Of a stretch of 64,000 nucleotides of DNA, positions 1-13,548 are shown piece after piece. Source of the DNA: Auanema rhodensis. Taxonomy: Eukaryota; Animalia; Nematoda. Made by a program: the position numbers and the translations under genes. The notes beneath the pieces are model-generated. The model was not told where the DNA came from. It was given only the letters and a program-made list of their open reading frames with translations, and made no database searches. The DNA is taken from positions 5,332,001 to 5,396,000 of the forward strand of contig OZ059894.1 of assembly GCA_964057225.1 (NCBI GenBank), given 5' to 3'. Position 1 is the stretch's first letter; every line of letters starts with the position of its first letter.

Positions 1-531
1 TCAAATTTACGTGAACTTTCATTTATGCTAATTAAGTGTACACATGATGTGCACTTGGTATGTAACTCGCTTCACGTGAAAGATAAAGAGATGCGGTTTT
101 CAAAATAGATTCCCCATTTCCATATTAGTCTAAAAACAAATTTTTATTGATATTGGTGCATGGCAACCATGACTTTAAAATTTACGTGAACTTTAATTTA
201 TGCTAATTAAGTGTACACATGATGTGCACTTGGTATGTAACTCGCTTCACGTCAATGATAAAGAGATGCGGTTTTCAAAATTAGATTCCTCATGTCCATA
301 TAAGTCTAAAAACGAATTTTTATCGATATTGATGCATGGTAACCATGACTTCGAAATTTACGTGAACTTTAATTTATGCTAATTAAGTGTACACGTGATG
401 TGCACTTGGTATGTAACTAGCTTCACGTGAAAGATGAAGAGATGCGGTTTTCAAAATTAGATTCCCCATGTCCATATTAGTCTAAAAACATTTTTTGTTG
501 ATATTGGTGGATGGTAACCATGACTTTCAAA

Positions 532-607
532 TTTACGTGAACTTTAATTTATGCTAATTAAGTGTACACATGATGTGCACTTGGTATGTAACTCGCTTCA
601 CGTGAAA
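532..607. other. Concentric inverted repeat present in each monomer (example copy)
   Basis: Inner arms aagtgtaca (560-568) and tgtgcactt (574-582), 8/9 Watson-Crick plus one G-T, with a 5-nt loop. Outer arms tttacgtgaa (532-541) and ttcacgtgaaa (597-607). Confidence 0.75.
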
Positions 608-687
608 GATAAAGAGATGCGGTTTTCAAAATAGATTCCCCATTTCCATATTAGTCTAAAAACAAATTTTTATTGATATTGGTGCAT

Positions 688-2388
688 GGCAACCATGACT
701 TTAAAATTTACGTGAACTTTAATTTATGCTAATTAAGTGTACACATGATGTGCACTTGGTATGTAACTCGCTTCACGTCAACGATAAAGAGATGCGGTTT
801 TCAAAATTAGATTCCTCATGTCCATATAAGTCTAAAAACGAATTTTTATTGATATTGATGCATGGTAACCATGACTTCGAAATTTACGTGAACTTTAATT
901 TATGCTTATTAAGTGTACATGTGATGTGCACTTGGTATGTAACTCGCTTCACGTCAAAGATAAAGAGATGCGGTTTTCAAAATTAGATTCCCCATGTCCA
1001 TATTAGTCTAAAAACAAATTTTTATTGATATTGGTGCATGGTAACCATGACTTTGAAATTTACGTGAACTTTAATTTATGCTAATTAAGTGTACACGTGA
1101 TGTGCACTTGGTATGTAACTCGCTTCACGTGGAAGATGAAGAGATGCTGTTTTCAAAATTAGATTCCTCATGTCCATATTAGTCTAAAAACAAATTTTTG
1201 TTGATATTGGTGGATGGTAACCATGACTTTGAAATTTACGTGAACTTTAATTTATGCTAATTAAGTGTACACGTGATGTGCACTTGGTATGTAACTAGCT
1301 TCACGTGAAAGATGAAGAGATGCGGTTTTCAAAATTAGATTCCCCATGTCCATATTAGTCTAAAAACAAATTTTTGTTGATATTGGTGGATGGTAACCAT
1401 GACTTTGAAATTTACGTGAACTTTAATTTATGCTAATTAAGTGTACACGTGGTGTGCACTTGGTATGTAACTAGCTTCACGTGAAAGATGAAGAGATGCG
1501 GTTTTCAAAATTAGATTCCCCATGTCCATATTAGTCTAAAAACAACTTTTGTTGATATTGGTGGATGGTAACCATGACTTTCAAATTTACGTGAACTTTA
1601 ATTTATGCTAATTAAGTGTACACATGATGTGCACTTGGTATGTAACTCGCTTCACGTGAAAGATAAAGAGATGCGGTTTTCAAAATAGATTCCCCATTTC
1701 CATATTAGTCTAAAAACAAATTTTTATTGATATTGGTGCATGGCAACCATGACTTTAAAATTTACGTGAACTTTAATTTATGCTAATTAAGTGTACACAT
1801 GATGTGCACTTGGTATGTAACTCGCTTCACGTCAATGATAAAGAGATGCGGTTTTCAAAATTAGATTCCTCATGTCCATATAAGTCTAAAAACGAATTTT
1901 TATTGATATTGATGCATGGTAACCATGACTTCGAAATTTACGTGAACTTTAATTTATGCTTATTAAGTGTACATGTGATGTGCACTTGGTATGTAACTCG
2001 CTTCACGTCAAAGATAAAGAGATGCGGTTTTCGAAATTAGATTCCCCATGTCCATATTAGTCTAAAAACAAATTTTTATTGATATTGGTGCATGGTAACC
2101 ATGACTTTGAAATTTACGTGAACTTTAATTTATGCTAATTAAGTGTACACGTGATGTGCACTTGGTATGTAACTCGCTTCACGTGGAAGATGAAGAGATG
2201 CGGTTTTCAAAATTAGATTCCTCATGTCCATATTAGTCTAAAAACAAATTTTTGTTGATATTGGTGGATGGTAACCATGACTTTGAAATTTACGTGAACT
2301 TTAATTTATGCTAATTAAGTGTACACGTGATGTGCACTTGGTATGTAACTAGCTTCACGTGAAAGATGAAGAGATGCGGTTTTCAAAA
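688..2388. repeat. ~1.7-kb block copied at +10013 bp (second copy ~10701-12401)
   Basis: Private variants gatgctgt (1148/11161) and tttcgaaattag (2033/12046), plus ORF pairs 726/10739 and 1780/11793, are all offset by 10013. Confidence 0.85.
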
Positions 2389-2879
2389 TAGATTCCCCAT
2401 TTCCATATTAGTCTAAAAACAAATTTTTATTGATATTGGTGCATGGTAACCATGACTTTGAAATTTACGTGAACTTTAATTTATGCTAATTAAGTGTACA
2501 CGTGATGTGCACTTGGTATGTAACTAGCTTCACGTGAAAGATAAAGAGATGCGGTTTTCAAAATAGATTCCCCATTTCCATATTAGTCTAAAAACAAATT
2601 TTTATTGATATTGGTGCATGGTAACCATGACTTTGAAATTTACGTGAACTTTAATTTATGCTAATTAAGTGTACACGTGATGTGCACTTGGTATGTAACT
2701 CGCTTCACGTGGAAGATAAAGGGATGCGGTTTTCAAAATTACATTCCCCATGTCCATAATAGTCTAAACACAAATTTTTATTGATATTGGTGCATGGTAA
2801 CCATGACTTTAAATTTTACGTGAACTTTAATTTATGCTAATTAAGTGTACACATGATGTGCACATGGTATGTAACTCGC

Positions 2880-5800
2880 TTCACGTGAAAGATAAAGAGA
2901 TGCGGTTTTCAAAATAGATTCCCCATTTCCATATTAGTCTAAAAACAAATTTTTATTGATATTGGTGCATGGCAACCATGACTTTAAAATTTACGTGAAC
3001 TTTAATTTATGCTAATTAAGTGTACACATGATGTGCACTTGGTATGTAACTCGCTTCACGTCAAAGATAAAGAGATGCGGTTTTCAAAGTTAGATTCCCC
3101 ATGTCCATATTAGTCTAAAAACAAATTTTTATCAATATTGGTGCATGGTAACCATGACTTTGAAATTTACGTGAACTTTAATTTATGCTAATTAAGTGTA
3201 CACATGATGTGCGCTTGGTACGTAACTCGCTTCACGTGAAAGATAAAGAGATGCGGTTTTCAAAATTAGATTCCCCATGTCCATATTAGTCTAAAAACAA
3301 ATTTTTATTAATATTGGTGCATGGTAACCATGACTTTGAGATTTACGTGAACTTTAATTTATGCTAATTAAGTGTACACGTGATGTGCACTTGGTATGTA
3401 ACTAGCTTCACGTGAAAGATGAAGAGATGCGGTTTTCAAAATTAGATTCCCCATGTCCATATTAGTCTAAAAACAAATTTTTGTTGATATTGGTGGATGG
3501 TAACCATGACTTTCAAATTTACGTGAACTTCAATTTATGCTAATTAAGTGTACACGTGATGTGCCCTTGGTATGTAACTCGCTTCACGTGAAAGATAAAG
3601 AGATGCGGTTTTCAAAATAGATTCCCCATTTCCATATTAGTCTAAAAACAAATTTTTATTGATATTGGTGCATGGCAACCATGACTTTAAAATTTACGTG
3701 AACTTTCATTTATGCTAATTAAGTGTACACATGATGTGCACTTGGTATGTAACTCGCTTCACGTGAAAGATAAAGAGATGCGGTTTTCAAAATAGATTCC
3801 CCATTTCCATATTAGTCTAAAAACAAATTTTTATTGATATTGGTGCATGGCAACCATGACTTTAAAATTTACGTGAACTTTAATTTATGCTAATTAAGTG
3901 TACACATGATGTGCACTTGGTATGTAACTCCCTTCACGTCAATGATAAAGAGATGCGGTTTTCAAAATTAGATCCCCCATATCCATATTAGTCTAAAAAC
4001 AAATTTGTATTGATATTGGTGCATGGTAACCATGACTTTGAAATTTACGTGAACTTTAATTTATGCTTATTAAGTGTACATGTGATGTGCACTTGGTATG
4101 TAACTCGCTTCACGTGGAAGATGAAGAGATGCGGTTTTCAAAATTAGATTCCTCATGTCCATATTAGTCTAAAAACAAATTTTTGTTGATATTGGTGCAT
4201 GGTAACCATGACTTTGAAATTTACGTGAACTTTAATTTATGCTAATTAAGTGTACACGTGATGTGCCCTTGGTATGTAACTCGCTTCACGTGAAAGATAA
4301 AGAGATGCGGTTTTCAAAATTAGATTCCTCATGTCCATATTAGTCTAAAAGCAAATTTTTGTTGATATTGGTGCATGGTAACCATGACTTTGAAATTTAC
4401 GTGAACTTTAATTCATGCTAATTAAGTGTACACGTGATGTGCCCTTGGTATGTAACTCGCTTCACGTGAAAGATAAAGAGATGCGGTTTTCAAAATAGAT
4501 TCCCTATTTCCATATTAGTCTAAAAACAAATTTTTATTGATATTGGTGCATGGCAACCATGACTTTAAAATTTACGTGAACTTTCATTTATGCTAATTAA
4601 GTGTACACATGATGTGCACTTGGTATGTAACTCGCTTCACGTGAAAGATAAAGAGATGCGGTTTTCAAAATAGATTCCCCATTTCCATATTAGTCTAAAA
4701 ACAAATTTTTATTGATATTGGTGCATGGCAACCATGACTTTAAAATTTACGTGAACTTTAATTTATGCTAATTAAGTGTACACATGATGTGCACTTGGTA
4801 TGTAACTCGCTTCACGTCAAAGATAAAGAGATGCGGTTTTCAAAGTTAGATTCCCCATGTCCATATTAGTCTAAAAACAAATTTTTATCAATATTGGTGC
4901 ATGGTAACCATGACTTTGAAATTTACGTGAACTTTAATTTATGCTAATTAAGTGTACACATGATGTGCGCTTGGTACGTAACTCGCTTCACGTGAAAGAT
5001 AAAGAGATGCGGTTTTCAAAATTAGATTCCCCATGTCCATATTAGTCTAAAAACAAATTTTTATTAATATTGGTGCATGGTAACCATGACTTTGAGATTT
5101 ACGTGAACTTTAATTTATGCTAATTAAGTGTACACGTGATGTGCACTTGGTATGTAACTAGCTTCACGTGAAAGATGAAGAGATGCGGTTTTCAAAATTA
5201 GATTCCCCATGTCCATATTAGTCTAAAAACAAATTTTTGTTGATATTGGTGGATGGTAACCATGACTTTCAAATTTACGTGAACTTCAATTTATGCTAAT
5301 TAAGTGTACACGTGATGTGCCCTTGGTATGTAACTCGCTTCACGTGAAAGATAAAGAGATGCGGTTTTCAAAATAGATTCCCCATTTCCATATTAGTCTA
5401 AAAACAAATTTTTATTGATATTGGTGCATGGCAACCATGACTTTAAAATTTACGTGAACTTTCATTTATGCTAATTAAGTGTACACATGATGTGCACTTG
5501 GTATGTAACTCGCTTCACGTGAAAGATAAAGAGATGCGGTTTTCAAAATAGATTCCCCATTTCCATATTAGTCTAAAAACAAATTTTTATTGATATTGGT
5601 GCATGGCAACCATGACTTTAAAATTTACGTGAACTTTAATTTATGCTAATTAAGTGTACACATGATGTGCACTTGGTATGTAACTCCCTTCACGTCAATG
5701 ATAAAGAGATGCGGTTTTCAAAATTAGATCCCCCATATCCATATTAGTCTAAAAACAAATTTGTATTGATATTGGTGCATGGTAACCATGACTTTGAAAT

Positions 5801-6076
5801 TTACGTGAACTTTAATTTATGCTTATTAAGTGTACATGTGATGTGCACTTGGTATGTAACTCGCTTCACGTGGAAGATGAAGAGATGCGGTTTTCAAAAT
5901 TAGATTCCTCATGTCCATATTAGTCTAAAAACAAATTTTTGTTTATATTGGTGCATGGTAACCATGACTTTGAAATTTACGTGAACTTTAATTTATGCTA
6001 ATTAAGTGTACACGTGATGTGCCCTTGGTATGTAACTCGCTTCACGTGAAAGATAAAGAGATGCGGTTTTCAAAAT
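2880..6076. repeat. Local duplication with a 10-monomer (1756-bp) period
   Basis: Private variants recur exactly 1756 bp apart: gactttgag at 3340/5096 and aactccctt at 3931/5687. gatccccc is present in both copies. Boundaries approximate. Confidence 0.85.
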
Positions 6077-6344
6077 AGATTCCCCATTTCCATATTAGTC
6101 TAAAAACAAATTTTTATTGATATTGGTGCATGGCAACCATGACTTTAAAATTTACGTGAACTTTCATTTATGCTAATTAAGTGTACACATGATGTGCACT
6201 TGGTATGTAACTCGCTTCACGTGAAAGATAAAGAGATGCGGTTTTCAAAATAGATTCCCCATTTCCATATTAGTCTAAAAACAAATTTTTATTGATATTG
6301 GTGCATGGCAACCATGACTTTAAAATTTACGTGAACTTTAATTT

Positions 6345-9155
6345 ATGCTAATTAAGTGTACACATGATGTGCACTTGGTATGTAACTCGCTTCACGTCAA
6401 TGATAAAGAGATGCGGTTTTCAAAATTAGATTCCTCATGTCCATATAAGTCTAGAAACGAATTTTTATTAATATTGGTGCATGGTAACCATGACTTTGAA
6501 ATTTACGTGAACTTTAATTTATGCTAATTAAGTGTACACGTGATGTGCACTTGGTATGTAACTCGCTTCACGTGGAAGATAAAGGGATGCGGTTTTCAAA
6601 ATTACATTCCCCATTTCCATAATAGTCTAAACACAAATTTTTGTTGATATTGGTGGATGGTAACCATGACTTTAAAATTTACGTGAACTTTAATTTATGC
6701 TAATTAAGTGTACACATGATGTGCACTTGGTATGTAACTCGCTTCACGTCAAAGATAAAGAGATGCGGTTTTCAAAATAGATTCCCCATTTCCATATTAG
6801 TCTAAAAACAAATTTTTATTGATATTGGTGCATGGCAACCATGACTTTAAAATTTACGTGAACTTTAATTTATGCTAATTAAGTGTACACATGATGTGCA
6901 CTTGGTATGTAACTCGCTTCACGTCAAAGATAAAGAGATGCGGTTTTCAAAGTTAGATTCCCCATGTCCATATTAGTCTAAAAACAAATTTTTATCAATA
7001 TTGGTGCATGGTAACCATGACTTTGAAATTTACGTGAACTTTAATTTATGCTAATTAAGTGTACACATGATGTGCGCTTGGTACGTAACTCGCTTCACGT
7101 GAAAGATAAAGAGATGCGGTTTTCAAAATTAGATTCCCCATGTCCATATTAGTCTAAAAACAAATTTTTATTAATATTGGTGCATGGTAACCATGACTTT
7201 GAAATTTACGTGAACTTTAATTTATGCTAATTAAGTGTACACATGATGTGCGCTTGGTACGTAACTCGCTTCACGTGAAAGATAAAGAGATGCGGTTTTC
7301 AAAATTAGATTCCCCATGTCCATATTAGTCTAAAAACAAATTTTTATTAATATTGGTGCATGGTAACCATGACTTTGAAATTTACGTGAACTTTAATTTA
7401 TGCTAATTAAGTGTACACGTGATGTGCCCTTGGTATGTAACTCGCTTCACGTGGAAGATGAAGAGATGCGGTTTTCAAAATTAGATTCCTCATGTCCATA
7501 TTAGTCTAAAAACAAATTTTTGTTGATATTGGTGGATGGTAACCATGACTTTGAAATTTACGTGAACTTTAATTTATGCTAATTAAGTGTACACGTGATG
7601 TGCACTTGGTATGTAACTAGCTTCACGTGAAAGATGAAGAGATGCGGTTTTCAAAATTAGATTCCCCATGTCCATATTAGTCTAAAAACAAATTTTTGTT
7701 GATATTGGTGGATGGTAACCATGACTTTCAAATTTACGTTTACTTCAATTTATGCTAATTAAGTGTACACGTGATGTGCCCTTGGTATGTAACTCGCTTC
7801 ACGTGAAAGATAAAGAGATGCGGTTTTCAAAATAGATTCCCCATTTCCATATTAGTCTAAAAACAAATTTTTATTGATATTGGTGCATGGCAACCATGAC
7901 TTTAAAATTTACGTGAACTTTCATTTATGCTAATTAAGTGTACACATGATGTGCACTTGGTATGTAACTCGCTTCACGTGAAAGATAAAGAGATGCGGTT
8001 TTCAAAATAGATTCCCCATTTCCATATTAGTCTAAAAACAAATTTTTATTGATATTGGTGCATGGCAACCATGACTTTAAAATTTACGTGAACTTTAATT
8101 TATGCTAATTAAGTGTACACATGATGTGCACTTGGTATGTAACTCGCTTCACGTCAATGATAAAGAGATGCGGTTTTCAAAATTAGATTCCTCATGTCCA
8201 TATAAGTCTAAAAACGAATTTTTATTGATATTGATGCATGGTAACCATGACTTCGAAATTTACGTGAACTTTAATTTATGCTTATTAAGTGTACACATGA
8301 TGTGCGCTTGGTACGTAACTCGCTTCACGTGAAAGATAAAGAGATGCGGTTTTCAAAATTAGATTCCCCATGTCCATATTAGTCTAAAAACAAATTTTTA
8401 TTAATATTGGTGCATGGTAACCATGACTTTGAAATTTACGTGAACTTTAATTTATGCTAATTAAGTGTACACAAGATGTGCGCTTGGTACGTAACTCGCT
8501 TCACATGAAAGATAAAGAGATGCGGTTTTCAAAATTAGATTCCCCATGTCCATATTAGTCTAAAAACAAATTTGTATTGATATTGGTGGATGGTAACCAT
8601 GACTTTGAAATTTACGTGAACTTCAATTTATGCTAATTAAGTGTACACGTGATGTGCCCTTGGTATGTAACTCGCTTCACGTGAAAGTTAAAGAGATGCG
8701 GTTTTCAAAATTAGATTCCCCATGTCCATATTAGTCTAAAAACAAATTTTTGTTGATATTGGTGGATGGTAACCATGACTTTCAAATTTACGTGAACTTT
8801 CATTTATGCTAATTAAGTGTACACATGATGTGCACTTGGTATGTAACTCGCTTCACGTGAAAGATAAAGAGATGCGGTTTTCAAAATAGATTCCCCATTT
8901 CCATATTAGTCTAAAAACAAATTTTTATTGATATTGGTGCATGGCAACCATGACTTTAAAATTTACGTGAACTTTCATTTATGCTAATTAAGTGTACACA
9001 TGATGTGCACTTGGTATGTAACTCGCTTCACGTGAAAGATAAAGAGATGCGGTTTTCAAAATAGATTCCCCATTTCCATATTAGTCTAAAAACAAATTTT
9101 TATTGATATTGGTGCATGGCAACCATGACTTTAAAATTTACGTGAACTTTAATTT
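6345..9155. repeat. One copy of the 16-mer HOR (2811 bp)
   Basis: Monomers carrying tctaga start at 6345 and 9156, 2811 bp apart (16x176 minus 5). Monomer-class order matches the copies at 16-28 kb. Confidence 0.85.
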
Positions 9156-12100
9156 ATGCTAATTAAGTGTACACATGATGTGCACTTGGTATGTAACTCG
9201 CTTCACGTCAATGATAAAGAGATGCGGTTTTCAAAATTAGATTCCTCATGTCCATATAAGTCTAGAAACGAATTTTTATTAATATTGGTGCATGGTAACC
9301 ATGACTTTGAAATTAACGTGAACTTTAATTTATGCTAATTAAGTGTACACGTGATGTGCACTTGGTATGTAACTCGCTTCACGTGGAAGATAAAGGGATG
9401 CGGTTTTCAAAATTACATTCCCCATGTCCATAATAGTCTAAACACAAATTTTTATTGATATTGGTGCATGGTAACCATGACTTTAAATTTTACGTGAACT
9501 TTAATTTATGCTAATTAAGTGTACACATGATGTGCACATGGTATGTAACTCGCTTCACGTGAAAGATAAAGAGATGCGGTTTTCAAAATTAGATTCTTCA
9601 TGTCCATATTAGTCTAAAAACAAATTTTTATTGATATTGGTGCATGGCAACCATGACTTTAAAATTTACGTGAACTTTAATTTATGCTAATTAAGTGTAT
9701 ACATGATGTGCACTTGGTATGTAACTCGCTTCACGTCAATGATAAAGAGATGCGGTTTTCAAAATTAGATTCCCCATGTCCATATTAGTCTAAAAACAAA
9801 TTTTTGTTGATATTGGTGGATGGTAACCATGACTTTGAAATTTACGTGAACTTTAATTTATGCTAATTAAGTGTACACATGATGTGCACTTGGTATGTAA
9901 CTCGCTTCACGTCAATGATAAAGAGATGCGGTTTTCAAAATTAGATTCCTCATGTCCATATAAGTCTAAAAACGAATTTTTATCGATATTGATGCATGGT
10001 AACCATGACTTCGAAATTTACGTGAACTTTAATTTATGCTTATTAAGTGTACATGTGATGTGCACTTGGTATGTAACTCGCTTCACGTCAAAGATAAAGA
10101 GATGCGGTTTTCAAAATAAGATTCCCCATGTCCATATTAGTCTAAAAACAAATTTTTATTGATATTGGTGCATGGTAACCAGGACTTGGAAATTTACGTG
10201 AACTTTAATTTATGCTAATTAAGTATACACGTGATGTGTACTTGGTATGTAACTCGTTTCACGTGAAAGATGAAGAGATGCGGTTTTCAAAATTAGATTC
10301 CCCATGTCCATATTAGTCTAAAAACAAATTTTTGTTGATATTGGTGGATGGTAACCATGACTTTGAAATTTACGTGAACTTTAATTTATGCTAATTAAGT
10401 GTACACGTGATGTGCACTTGGTATGTAACTAGCTTCACGTGAAAGATGAAGAGATGCGGTTTTCAAAATTAGATTCCCCATGTCCATATTAGTCTAAAAA
10501 CAAATTTTTGTTGATATTGGTGGATGGTAACCATGACTTTGAAATTTACGTGAACTTTAATTTATGCTAATTAAGTGTACACGTGATGTGCACTTGGTAT
10601 GTAACTAGCTTCACGTGAAAGATGAAGAGATGCGGTTTTCAAAATTAGATTCCTCATGTCCATATTAGTCTAAAAACAACTTTTGTTGATATTGGTGGAT
10701 GGCAACCATGACTTTAAAATTTACGTGAACTTTAATTTATGCTAATTAAGTGTACACATGATGTGCACTTGGTATGTAACTCGCTTCACGTCAATGATAA
10801 AGAGATGCGGTTTTCAAAATTAGATTCCTCATGTCCATATAAGTCTAAAAACGAATTTTTATTGATATTGATGCATGGTAACCATGACTTCGAAATTTAC
10901 GTGAACTTTAATTTATGCTTATTAAGTGTACATGTGATGTGCACTTGGTATGTAACTCGCTTCACGTCAAAGATAAAGAGATGCGGTTTTCAAAATTAGA
11001 TTCCCCATGTCCATATTAGTCTAAAAACAAATTTTTATTGATATTGGTGCATGGTAACCATGACTTTGAAATTTACGTGAACTTTAATTTATGCTAATTA
11101 AGTGTACACGTGATGTGCACTTGGTATGTAACTCGCTTCACGTGGAAGATGAAGAGATGCTGTTTTCAAAATTAGATTCCTCATGTCCATATTAGTCTAA
11201 AAACAAATTTTTGTTGATATTGGTGGATGGTAACCATGACTTTGAAATTTACGTGAACTTTAATTTATGCTAATTAAGTGTACACGTGATGTGCACTTGG
11301 TATGTAACTAGCTTCACGTGAAAGATGAAGAGATGCGGTTTTCAAAATTAGATTCCCCATGTCCATATTAGTCTAAAAACAAATTTTTGTTGATATTGGT
11401 GGATGGTAACCATGACTTTGAAATTTACGTGAACTTTAATTTATGCTAATTAAGTGTACACGTGATGTGCACTTGGTATGTAACTAGCTTCACGTGAAAG
11501 ATGAAGAGATGCGGTTTTCAAAATTAGATTCCCCATGTCCATATTAGTCTAAAAACAACTTTTGTTGATATTGGTGGATGGTAACCATGACTTTCAAATT
11601 TACGTGAACTTTAATTTATGCTAATTAAGTGTACACATGATGTGCACTTGGTATGTAACTCGCTTCACGTGAAAGATAAAGAGATGCGGTTTTCAAAATA
11701 GATTCCCCATTTCCATATTAGTCTAAAAACAAATTTTTATTGATATTGGTGCATGGCAACCATGACTTTAAAATTTACGTGAACTTTAATTTATGCTAAT
11801 TAAGTGTACACATGATGTGCACTTGGTATGTAACTCGCTTCACGTCAATGATAAAGAGATGCGGTTTTCAAAATTAGATTCCTCATGTCCATATAAGTCT
11901 AAAAACGAATTTTTATTGATATTGATGCATGGTAACCATGACTTCGAAATTTACGTGAACTTTAATTTATGCTTATTAAGTGTACATGTGATGTGCACTT
12001 GGTATGTAACTCGCTTCACGTCAAAGATAAAGAGATGCGGTTTTCGAAATTAGATTCCCCATGTCCATATTAGTCTAAAAACAAATTTTTATTGATATTG

Positions 12101-13548
12101 GTGCATGGTAACCATGACTTTGAAATTTACGTGAACTTTAATTTATGCTAATTAAGTGTACACGTGATGTGCACTTGGTATGTAACTCGCTTCACGTGGA
12201 AGATGAAGAGATGCGGTTTTCAAAATTAGATTCCTCATGTCCATATTAGTCTAAAAACAAATTTTTGTTGATATTGGTGGATGGTAACCATGACTTTGAA
12301 ATTTACGTGAACTTTAATTTATGCTAATTAAGTGTACACGTGATGTGCACTTGGTATGTAACTAGCTTCACGTGAAAGATGAAGAGATGCGGTTTTCAAA
12401 ATTAGATTCCCCATGTCCATATTAGTCTAAAAACAAATTTTTGTTGATATTGGTGGATGGTAACCATGACTTTCAAATTTACGTGAACTTCAATTTATGC
12501 TAATTAAGTGTACACGTGATGTGCCCTTGGTATGTAACTCGCTTCACGTGAAAGATAAAGAGATGCGGTTTTCAAAATAGATTCCCCATTTCCATATTAG
12601 TCTAAAAACAAATTTTTATTGATATTGGTGCATGGCAACCATGACTTTAAAATTTACGTGAACTTTCATTTATGCTAATTAAGTGTACACATGATGTGCA
12701 CTTGGTATGTAACTCGCTTCACGTGAAAGATAAAGAGATGCGGTTTTCAAAATAGATTCCCCATTTCCATATTAGTCTAAAAACAAATTTTTATTGATAT
12801 TGGTGCATGGCAACCATGACTTTAAAATTTACGTGAACTTTAATTTATGCTAATTAAGTGTACACATGATGTGCACTTGGTATGTAACTCCCTTCACGTC
12901 AATGATAAAGAGATGCGGTTTTCAAAATTAGATTCCCCATATCCATATTAGTCTAAAAACAAATTTGTATTGATATTGGTGCATGGTAACCATGACTTTG
13001 AAATTTACGTGAACTTTAATTTATGCTTATTAAGTGTACATGTGATGTGCACTTGGTATGTAACTCGCTTCACGTGGAAGATGAAGAGATGCGGTTTTCA
13101 AAATTAGATTCCTCATGTCCATATTAGTCTAAAAACAAATTTTTGTTGATATTGGTGCATGGTAACCATGACTTTGAAATTTACGTGAACTTTAATTTAT
13201 GCTAATTAAGTGTACACGTGATGTGCCCTTGGTATGTAACTCGCTTCACGTGAAAGATAAAGAGATGCGGTTTTCAAAATAGATTCCCCATTTCCATATT
13301 AGTCTAAAAACAAATTTTTATTGATATTGGTGCATGGCAACCATGACTTTAAAATTTACGTGAACTTTCATTTATGCTAATTAAGTGTACACATGATGTG
13401 CACTTGGTATGTAACTCGCTTCACGTGAAAGATAAAGAGATGCGGTTTTCAAAATAGATTCCCCATTTCCATATTAGTCCAAAAACAAATTTTTATTGAT
13501 ATTGGTGCATGGCAACCATGACTTTAAAATTTACGTGAACTTTAATTT

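Noticed and set aside
200-375. Monomer as a dimer of ~88-bp sub-repeats, or a phased A-tract bending element
   Set aside because: Only short internal similarities (tttacgtgaa/ttcacgtgaa; ttttcaaaatt/ctttgaaattt), which are not at half-unit spacing. A-tracts are present but I could not show a ~10-bp phase by eye.
596-625. CENP-B box-like motif around cttcacgtg...gatgcgg
   Set aside because: Does not fit the required nTTCGnnnnAnnCGGGn pattern on either strand.
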